Source of the DNA: Fibrobacterales bacterium
GTDB lineage: Bacteria > Fibrobacterota > Fibrobacteria > Fibrobacterales > JAOPTW01
Direction: 5' to 3'
NCBI GenBank assembly: GCA_051532055.1
Contig: JAOPTX010000004.1
Coordinates: 69,205-94,927, forward strand
DNA length: 25,723 bases
The notes beneath the pieces are model-generated. The model was not told the DNA's origin and ran no database searches. It was given only the letters and a program-made list of their open reading frames with translations. Below are positions 16,419-23,641 of the stretch, piece after piece; the stretch's first letter is position 1; each line of letters starts with the position of its first letter. A program made the position numbers and the translations under genes.

Positions 16419-17771
16419 ATGATGAGATATATGCAACCATTCGTTTTACTTCTTTTAATCTATAGCTCTACATGGGCTCTCACCTATGATCCAGTTCAGT
16501 ATCTTTTTGATAAAGCAGATGAAGAAGAGGTTGCCGGTAATTTTGCTGAAACTATTCTTTTGTTAGAGCAGATTGTTGGATCAGCTTCTGAACAAGAGGC
16601 TATCTGTATTGCACGAGAAAAGTTACAGAATTACTACGAACTTTTTGAGCTTTCTGATGACCTTAAGGTAAATAGTCGAGCACTTGAAGGGTGTGCAGAA
16701 CTCCTTGTATTAGAACAACCATTGAATGATGAAGAATATTCTCCAGAAGAGTCACTGCTACTATTGGATATCACCGCAAGTGCTGTGGGCAAAAATAGTG
16801 TCTACAGTAATGATAGCTTCTCAGTTGGTTCAGATGGTACTGACACTATTTATAAAGAACAGTGGAATACAGCCCATGCCGAAATAGACCAAGCATACTC
16901 TTTAGCGGTTGATATGGACTATCTTATGTTTGGGAGTGGAGCAGAGTATGATTTTGGACTCTCTCTGAGTGCCGATTTTGATCAAGGTCATAGCGATACT
17001 ACAACTGGTGTAAGCTTGATGATTATGCCACGCTACTCTATTACCTATAATGGATTTGAGGTTATGCCAAGTGGTGGTTTTGAGTATAGCAATAGTGATG
17101 CAATTTATAGTGATAATTATAACTACTTTTTTGACCTCTCTTTTGGCTATCGCTATAAGAAACTCGGCTGGTTCACTCCAGGTATATTTGTTCAAGGGGA
17201 ATACAATAAGTACCAAGAAGAGCAAGGGGCTCGCATTTATTCACGACTTTCATTTCGCGGGAGTAAGTGGTCAATTAGTGTGACACCAGGGGTTCTCTAT
17301 CACTCTAATCAACAGTCCAATATTGATGAATCTACTGATAGTACTTCTCAGTCTGTTGAATACTATCCTGATCAGAGAACACTCTACTCTACTGTATCAT
17401 TCCGTTGGTATTTGAGTGATTCATTTAAATTCAGAACGTATAGTGGGATATATATCAACAGTAATTTAGGGGCCGATCAATTGTATGAGGAGAATGTAGT
17501 GGAAGGTCTAAAGTTAACGCATGAGAGTTCACACGAACAAGGATATACAAAACTCTTTTCTAACATATATTTTAGTTGGATTTTTAATGAACACCACACT
17601 CTTACTCTTTTTGGTAAGTATTCAACAACTTCGGTATTAGAATATAGTCCAGTAGGATATGATGACATTGATGAAGAATTTAATGCTTATGTTGAGAATA
17701 GGTATTTATCCTTTATTTCAAGGAGCCAGTCCATGGTGAAACTTGGGATTGAATATGTCTGGTCCTATTAA
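16419..17771 (+). CDS. Probable outer-membrane beta-barrel protein with short N-terminal helical (TPR-like) region
   Basis: Signal peptide (..SSTWA). Helical segment LFDKADEEE..GNFAETILLLEQIV. Many aromatic amphipathic strands (YFFDLSFGYRY, YSTVSFRWY, SNIYFSWIF). C-terminal KLGIEYVWSY is a beta-signal-like end. Confidence 0.7.
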   Translation: MMRYMQPFVLLLLIYSSTWALTYDPVQYLFDKADEEEVAGNFAETILLLEQIVGSASEQEAICIAREKLQNYYELFELSDDLKVNSRALEGCAELLVLEQPLNDEEYSPEESLLLLDITASAVGKNSVYSNDSFSVGSDGTDTIYKEQWNTAHAEIDQAYSLAVDMDYLMFGSGAEYDFGLSLSADFDQGHSDTTTGVSLMIMPRYSITYNGFEVMPSGGFEYSNSDAIYSDNYNYFFDLSFGYRYKKLGWFTPGIFVQGEYNKYQEEQGARIYSRLSFRGSKWSISVTPGVLYHSNQQSNIDESTDSTSQSVEYYPDQRTLYSTVSFRWYLSDSFKFRTYSGIYINSNLGADQLYEENVVEGLKLTHESSHEQGYTKLFSNIYFSWIFNEHHTLTLFGKYSTTSVLEYSPVGYDDIDEEFNAYVENRYLSFISRSQSMVKLGIEYVWSY

Positions 17772-17826
17772 GTCTATTATAATAGAGTAAGTATCGTTTA
17801 GTTTTTGATACAATTGAAAGGGCTAT

Positions 17827-17852
17827 AGTGACGTATTAAAGTGACGTATTAA
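17827..17852. repeat. 13-bp perfect tandem duplication across the ruvX stop codon
   Basis: AGTGACGTATTAA at 17827-17839 and 17840-17852. Confidence 0.9.
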
Positions 17853-18261
17853 AAAATTCCTGAAGAATAACTGCCGCTGCTGCACTATCAATTTTACCCT
17901 TCTGATTTTTCTTCTTCTTCTTCGAATAGTGTTTCGTTTTCTCTTGAGCAATCACGGTACTATACGCTTCATTCTGTTTGTAAATAGGGTATGATTTTGA
18001 GAGAGACTCTTTAAGCTTCTCGATAAAGGCATCAACCTTAACAGTTTTGTCGGTAAACTTACCATCTGTCCGTTCAGGGTATCCAATGACAATAGCTTCT
18101 AAGCGTTCTTCGGTTATAAAAGCGTCAATGGCTTCGAATATGTTCGAAACGCGCTGTGTATCGAGAGTGTCGCGGGGGAATGCAATGGTCATCTCTTTAT
18201 AGCCTACTGCAAGGCCGATGCGCCGTTCTCCAAAATCTATTCCAAGGTATCGTTCTTCCAT
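17836..18261 (-). CDS. ruvX: Holliday junction resolvase-like / pre-16S rRNA nuclease RuvX (YqgF)
   Basis: YLGIDFGERRIGLAV, IVIGYP...DG, NEAYST..A and IDSAAAAVILQ.F motifs. Confidence 0.95.
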   Translation of the reverse strand: MEERYLGIDFGERRIGLAVGYKEMTIAFPRDTLDTQRVSNIFEAIDAFITEERLEAIVIGYPERTDGKFTDKTVKVDAFIEKLKESLSKSYPIYKQNEAYSTVIAQEKTKHYSKKKKKNQKGKIDSAAAAVILQEFFNTSL

Positions 18262-18288
18262 AAGCTCTAAAATATTAAGTGGTTAGTA

Positions 18289-18666
18289 CTATCGCACGGT
18301 TAGCTGGGGAATACTATCCCAAGTGAACAGAAAACGGATGGATTCTGCTGGGAGTTCTCGATTAGAAAAAATAAGAGTAGTATCAATGGTGTGAGGGGAG
18401 AGTGTGTCAAAAACATGCAAAGAGAGATTGAATGAGGGACCGGTAAATTCCGTTGTAGCAACCCAGGATATACTGTCAGAAGGAATGGTGTCTTTAAGAA
18501 GTATGAGAGGTGCAGTTGTTGAGTCGAGTGGGATAATACTTAATCCCGAAACAGAATACGGAGAACCATTGAACAGCTGAATGCGTGCCTTCGACTCATT
18601 GAGATAGTGCATAACACATTGCATAAGCGAAAGGGAAAGAATAAAAAGAGCAATTATTTTTTTCAT
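18289..18666 (-). CDS. Small hypothetical lipoprotein
   Basis: MKKIIALFILSLSLMQ-C (lipobox-like) and beta-rich mature part. Starts 3 nt after the upstream gene stop, implying an operon with ruvX. Confidence 0.7.
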   Translation of the reverse strand: MKKIIALFILSLSLMQCVMHYLNESKARIQLFNGSPYSVSGLSIIPLDSTTAPLILLKDTIPSDSISWVATTEFTGPSFNLSLHVFDTLSPHTIDTTLIFSNRELPAESIRFLFTWDSIPQLTVR

Positions 18667-18669
18667 ACG

Positions 18670-19725
18670 CTATTGGCTCTCAGTTGTCGTTTGTGTCATT
18701 TCACTGTGGTCAATTGCACGAGGTGCAACAGGGCCGTTAATTGATGATAGGTGAAAGACGATTTCAAAGGCAAATCGTTGAGTTGCCCCCATAAAGGAAC
18801 GGTACTCTTTAGGGTGGTTGTAGGCAAGGCGTGCAAAAAGAATGGTGAGCTCGCCGCCTAGTTGTAGATTTTCATTTGAATCAAGAAATGATGACAACTC
18901 AGCTTTTAAAAAACGTCCCTTGTCAAAATACCAAGTGAGAAGCCCCGATGAAAACCAAGGATCGTTGTGCGATGCGCTTAGTGTTGCATAAAGCTTGTTA
19001 TCATAAAGGTGTTGGTCTAGAGAGTAGAGAAATGAAGGGGTGCCTTGATTTTCATATGAAAAGGAGAGGTCGGGTAGGTATTGGTGAAAGCCGGTACCAC
19101 GAAAGGGACGTTGGTGAAGTTGGATTTCGACATGGCACTGCTCAATAGAAGTACGGTAGGCACAGGTTGCATAAGCGCCCCGATAGTGAACACTAGAATA
19201 CCCGAGAAATCGACTCGGATGATGTTTGGTAAGGGTCTGAGACTTCTCGACATTGTTTTGGTAGACTGCACCACTGTTAAAAAGAAAGTGTTGTTTGCTT
19301 CGTGTATAGATAAAACCAAACATATGACTTGAATAAGCTTCGGTATGATTTTCATATTCAGAGTAGATTAAAAAATCTTTTTTAGACCACCCTCTGCGTG
19401 CATAGAGATAGTTAAAACCCATATGCCACGAACGTTTTTTTATGGTATCAAGTGCTGCAGCTCCGATCTGTTGTTTAAATGGATATCCATTTATTTCACC
19501 ATAGGGAGTTGAGAGAGGAATTGATTGTGCGCTCGGAGTAATGTAGTGATCGACAAAGAAATAATGTGCCGCTTCAGGAGGTAATCCACTGTTTAATTCT
19601 ACCAATTGTTCTCTTAATAGGTCATTGGGATTTAAATCTTCCACGGTCACCGCAAATACTAAAAGCGGTTGTAGGAAGATTCCAAGGATACAAATATGGA
19701 GAATTTTTAGTGTTTGCTGTCTCAT
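18670..19725 (-). CDS. Hypothetical exported protein, possibly an outer-membrane beta-barrel
   Basis: 351-aa ORF with signal peptide (..PLLVFA) and aromatic-rich alternating strands. No recognised family motif. Confidence 0.65.
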   Translation of the reverse strand: MRQQTLKILHICILGIFLQPLLVFAVTVEDLNPNDLLREQLVELNSGLPPEAAHYFFVDHYITPSAQSIPLSTPYGEINGYPFKQQIGAAALDTIKKRSWHMGFNYLYARRGWSKKDFLIYSEYENHTEAYSSHMFGFIYTRSKQHFLFNSGAVYQNNVEKSQTLTKHHPSRFLGYSSVHYRGAYATCAYRTSIEQCHVEIQLHQRPFRGTGFHQYLPDLSFSYENQGTPSFLYSLDQHLYDNKLYATLSASHNDPWFSSGLLTWYFDKGRFLKAELSSFLDSNENLQLGGELTILFARLAYNHPKEYRSFMGATQRFAFEIVFHLSSINGPVAPRAIDHSEMTQTTTESQ

Positions 19726-19828
19726 ATAGGCTTTAAAGTAGCAATTATGGTTTAATTAAGGTCAATTGCTATCTATTGGAGATCATTTTAACTAAATTTG
19801 GGCGAAATATATAGAATATCAGGTTGAG

Positions 19829-21655
19829 ATGAGTACTACAGAATTAAGAAATATCGCAATTATTGCACACGTTGACCACGGGAAGACGACACTCGTAGAT
19901 GGACTCCTTAAACAAGGGGGCGCATACCGAGATCACGAAGAGACCGAGGAACGTGCACTTGATAGTGATGATATCGAAAAAGAGCGTGGTATAACCATCT
20001 TATCTGCTCAAGCATCTATTAACTTTAAAGGTACACGAATCAATATCGTAGATACCCCTGGTCACGCCGACTTTGGTGGTCAGGTAGAGCGTGTACTTGG
20101 TACTGTAGATGGAGTTCTCCTTATTGTTGATGCGTGGGATGGCCCAATGGCTCAAACTCGCTTTGTAACAAAAAAAGCACTTGCTCGTGGCCTCAAGCCT
20201 ATTGTAGTGATCAATAAAATCGACCGTGATGGATGTGATCCTCAAGGTGCACTGGATAAAGTGTTTGACCTCTTTTGCGATCTTGATGCAAATGAAGAAC
20301 AACTGAACTTCCCATACATGTTTGCTTGTGGTCGTGCAGGTACATGTCGTAAAGAGATGCCCGATTCAGATAGTGACCTTGTGCCGCTCTTGGACATGAT
20401 CCTCGCAGAAGTTGAACCACCACATGGTGATCTCGAAGCCGACCCTATCTTACAAATTAGTTCTCTCCAATACTCTGATTTTCTTGGTCGTTTGGCTGTA
20501 GGTCGTCTTGAGACAGGATCTCTTAAAGTGGGCCAGACTCTTAATCAGTCACACCCTGATGGGACGTTTAAAAAGATTCGACTCCAAAAGATTATGCGCT
20601 ACGAAGGTATTGAGCTTACAGAAGTACCGATGGCACAGTTTGGAGATATTGTATCTCTCGCAGGTGTTTCAGAATTTGATATTGGTGATACCCTCTCTCA
20701 TGTAGATCGTCCAAAAGCGTACGAACGCATTGCGATTGATCCTCCTACACTTTCAATGAACTTTAGTATTAATGACTCACCACTTTGTGGTCAGTTTGGT
20801 GGTAAATTCTTAACAGGTAATCACCTTGAAGCTCGTCTTATGCGTGCTCAGATGGCTGACCCCGCTCTTAAAGTTGAAAAAAGTCCTCTCCCTGGTACCT
20901 TCATTGTAGCGGGACGTGGTGTACTTCACCTCACAATTCTTATTGAAAATATGCGCCGTGAACTTTATGAGTTTTCAGTTGGAGCACCGAAAGTAATTTT
21001 CCATAAAGAAGAAGGCAAAACTCTCGAGCCAATAGAAACATTTAGCGTTGAAGTTCCAAGTGAATTTAGTGGATCAATTATTGATGAACTGGGTAAACGT
21101 AAAGGTGAAATGCTTGATATGCATCACGAAGGTGATTCGGTTCATGTAGAGTATGCAATTCCATCACGCGCACTTATTGGTGTTCGTCCGATTCTTCTCT
21201 CTCTCTCAAAAGGGTATGCAATTAGCCAATCTATTTTTAGAGGCTATGAACCATATAAAGGTGAAATTCAGTCGCGTAAAAATGGTGTTCTTATTGCTAA
21301 AGAAGCTGGTGATACTACTGCATATGCACTATGGAAACTTGAAGACCGTGGTGTGATGATTCTTCCTCCGGGAACAGAAGTATATCCTGGGATGATTATC
21401 GGTGAGCATAACAAAGATACTGATATCATTGTGAATTGTACTAAGGGAAAACAGCAGACTAATATTCGCTCTTCAGGAGCCGATGATGCAACGACTGTTT
21501 CTCCATACAAAAAAATGTCTCTCGAAGAGTGTGTAACATTTATCAATCCTGATGAAGTGGTAGAGATCACTCCAGAAGCCCTTCGTATCCGTAAACTCTA
21601 TTTAGATGAAAATAAGAGAAAGCAGATAGCGAAACAGGGTGGCGAAATAGAATAA
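19829..21655 (+). CDS. typA: Translational GTPase TypA/BipA
   Basis: RNIAIIAHVDHGKTTLVD, ERGITI, DTPGHADFGG, NKID, GRG.LHL.ILIENMRRE and C-terminal VEITP..LRIRK. Confidence 0.98.
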   Translation: MSTTELRNIAIIAHVDHGKTTLVDGLLKQGGAYRDHEETEERALDSDDIEKERGITILSAQASINFKGTRINIVDTPGHADFGGQVERVLGTVDGVLLIVDAWDGPMAQTRFVTKKALARGLKPIVVINKIDRDGCDPQGALDKVFDLFCDLDANEEQLNFPYMFACGRAGTCRKEMPDSDSDLVPLLDMILAEVEPPHGDLEADPILQISSLQYSDFLGRLAVGRLETGSLKVGQTLNQSHPDGTFKKIRLQKIMRYEGIELTEVPMAQFGDIVSLAGVSEFDIGDTLSHVDRPKAYERIAIDPPTLSMNFSINDSPLCGQFGGKFLTGNHLEARLMRAQMADPALKVEKSPLPGTFIVAGRGVLHLTILIENMRRELYEFSVGAPKVIFHKEEGKTLEPIETFSVEVPSEFSGSIIDELGKRKGEMLDMHHEGDSVHVEYAIPSRALIGVRPILLSLSKGYAISQSIFRGYEPYKGEIQSRKNGVLIAKEAGDTTAYALWKLEDRGVMILPPGTEVYPGMIIGEHNKDTDIIVNCTKGKQQTNIRSSGADDATTVSPYKKMSLEECVTFINPDEVVEITPEALRIRKLYLDENKRKQIAKQGGEIE

Positions 21656-21663
21656 CCATTTGG

Positions 21664-21699
21664 TATGTATCATCGAGTAGTACTACTTGGTGATACATA
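21664..21699 (+). other. 36-nt near-perfect palindrome/hairpin between typA and the radical SAM gene
   Basis: TATGTATCATCGAGTAGT|ACTACTTGGTGATACATA. The only two mismatches are G-U compatible on the + strand. No U tract follows. Confidence 0.75.
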
Positions 21700-21721
21700 T
21701 ATAATGTGTAAGAGAGTTCAT

Positions 21722-22588
21722 ATGGCTAATTCAGATCTTAATTCAGCATACGCCGATCACTCTCGACGATTCGAGAACAATACGTATGTCTATCCTGTTA
21801 TCTCTCGCAGAGCAGGGGGGATATCTATTGGGGTTAACCTCAATATCAACAAAAAATGCAACTACAGTTGTGTCTATTGTCAGGTGGATCGAAACGAGGC
21901 AGACAAACAACCGCAGTTTTCTTTCGAAACACTCTACAATGAGTTGATTCAAATAATTCAGGAATATCGTTCAGGTGAATTGGCCAATTTTGAGGCTTTT
22001 AAAAATGTACCTGAGGATAAAAAAACTCTCAAAGATATCTCTATCTCTGGTGACGGCGAAGCAACGACTCGACCAGAATTTTTAGAAGTATGTAAAATGC
22101 TTGCTGAAATTCAAAAAACCAATGTAGATCTTAATATTAAGTTGGTACTCATAACGAATGCAACAATGCTGACTCGAGAGTCTGTAAAAGAGGGCATTGG
22201 TCATTTAACTGCTGTTAATGGTGAGCTTTGGACCAAACTTGATGCAGGCACCCAAGAGTGGTTCGATATCGTTGATCGATCATCATTTTCACTTGATACT
22301 GTTGTTAAAACTATTGCAGATACAGCGCGCACTATACCCATACAGGTACAGACTATGATCTGTTCGGTAAAGGGGGATTCCTTTGATGATTCCGAGACTG
22401 ATGCCTATATTGCACAGTTACATAAAATAGTGCAGAGTGGTGCAAAGAATGTAAAGGGTATTCAGCTCTATTCAGTAGCACGACAGACAACAGAAGAGTA
22501 TTGTTCAGGTATCGATCATGCACACTTAATTACTCTACAAGCTACATTACAAACAGCTTTTCCAACGCTCCCTATTTCAGTATATTAG
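21722..22588 (+). CDS. Radical SAM protein (COG0731-like Fe-S oxidoreductase)
   Basis: YVYPVISRRAGG.SIGVNLN..K-CNYSCVYC-Q (CxxxCxxC), ISISGDGEAT, LITNAT and KLDAG. Start 21722 is preferred because the track start at 21665 lies inside the hairpin. Confidence 0.9.
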   Translation: MANSDLNSAYADHSRRFENNTYVYPVISRRAGGISIGVNLNINKKCNYSCVYCQVDRNEADKQPQFSFETLYNELIQIIQEYRSGELANFEAFKNVPEDKKTLKDISISGDGEATTRPEFLEVCKMLAEIQKTNVDLNIKLVLITNATMLTRESVKEGIGHLTAVNGELWTKLDAGTQEWFDIVDRSSFSLDTVVKTIADTARTIPIQVQTMICSVKGDSFDDSETDAYIAQLHKIVQSGAKNVKGIQLYSVARQTTEEYCSGIDHAHLITLQATLQTAFPTLPISVY

Positions 22589-22651
22589 ATTGTTATTGGA
22601 ATATTTTGAGTTATTGCTGTTTAGGTACTCTAATACAACTTTTTTCTCGAC

Positions 22652-22681
22652 TTGACCATATACCTGTAATATGTACATTTA
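22652..22681 (+). promoter_or_regulatory. Candidate sigma70 promoter overlapped by an NrtR-type operator
   Basis: TTGACC (22652-57), 16-nt spacer, TACATT (22674-79). The dyad TAnnTGT-N7-ACAnnTA (22661-22681) contains the GT-N7-AC core. Confidence 0.45.
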
Positions 22682-22714
22682 CTACAGCATTTGAGTGATC
22701 TTAAGGTACAATAC

Positions 22715-23407
22715 ATGACAATGGTAAACCATAATGGTTTTTTAGCAAATATATCTCTCGATTTCGTTCTTTTTGGCGTTAAAGATGGTGAGTTACATGT
22801 TCTCTGTATTCAGCGGGTGGAATCGACCGATAAACGCTATTGGGCAATACCAGGTGGGTATGTTCTCCCTAATGAAGATATGGATAGTGCTGCAAATAGA
22901 GTACTTGAAGAACTCACTGGGGTGAATGGAGTCTACCTCGAGCAATATCATGCTTTTGGCGAGGCAGGCCGAGTTGAAGACGACAGAGTCATTACTATTG
23001 CCCACTTTGCGTTAATAAATCCTGAACACTTTGATTTGAAGAAAGGCCGAGTGGTTGAGGAAATTAAATGGCACAAGGTGAAACGGGTACCCAAAATGGT
23101 CTTTGACCATAAGGATATCGTTAAAAAAGCGCTTGAGACTCTTAAGCATAAGGTTAATCATGTACCTATAGGCTTTGAGTTGCTCTCCAAAAAATTCACC
23201 CTTACTGAGCTCCATACGATGTATGAAGCCATACTCGACAAAAAACTCGATAAACGAAATTTTCTCAAAAAAATTCTTAAAATGGATTTCCTCGTTGATT
23301 TAGGCGAGAAGCAGCAAGGAGTTGCGCATAGGGCGGCAGCACTCTATAGTTTTGATATTAAAAAGTATAGAGCTCTCGTTAAAAATGGCTTTGTGTTTGA
23401 TATTTAA
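22715..23407 (+). CDS. NrtR/AraR-family transcriptional regulator (inactive NUDIX + winged HTH)
   Basis: SLDFVLFG, WAIPGG.V...E....AA.RVLEELTG (degenerate Nudix box), FDH and FTLTEL..MYEAIL...LDKRNF.KK...R.A.LY.F. SD AAGG precedes ATG 22715 (track start TTG 22691). Confidence 0.92.
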   Translation: MTMVNHNGFLANISLDFVLFGVKDGELHVLCIQRVESTDKRYWAIPGGYVLPNEDMDSAANRVLEELTGVNGVYLEQYHAFGEAGRVEDDRVITIAHFALINPEHFDLKKGRVVEEIKWHKVKRVPKMVFDHKDIVKKALETLKHKVNHVPIGFELLSKKFTLTELHTMYEAILDKKLDKRNFLKKILKMDFLVDLGEKQQGVAHRAAALYSFDIKKYRALVKNGFVFDI

Positions 23408-23461
23408 CCCCTGATCTAGCATCACAATTAAATAGATACTATCGTGAAGGTACTATATATG

Positions 23462-23493
23462 AAAGCGCAACTAAAAAAAGTTGGGCTTTTTTT
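23462..23493 (+). terminator. Intrinsic terminator after the NrtR-family gene
   Basis: AAAGCGCAACT / AGTTGGGCTTT stem with one mismatch, followed by a T7 run. Confidence 0.7.
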
Positions 23494-23641
23494 GTGCACA
23501 CTTTTGAAACACTTCCCTTCTAATTTGTGTAAAATAAGATATCGCTCAAAAAGTGCATACCCCTTTTAAGGTATATTATAATGGAATAATACACACACAT
23601 GTGGTACTATAAAGCCACGATATACATATTTGGGGGCAATT

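Noticed and set aside
15908..16436. Minus-strand ORFs (114 aa, 109 aa) with repeats
   Set aside because: Antisense shadows of the low-complexity repeat gene.
17773..17786. 14-bp palindrome TCTATTATAATAGA after the barrel gene
   Set aside because: Too AT-rich and loopless to call as a terminator, and plausible by chance.
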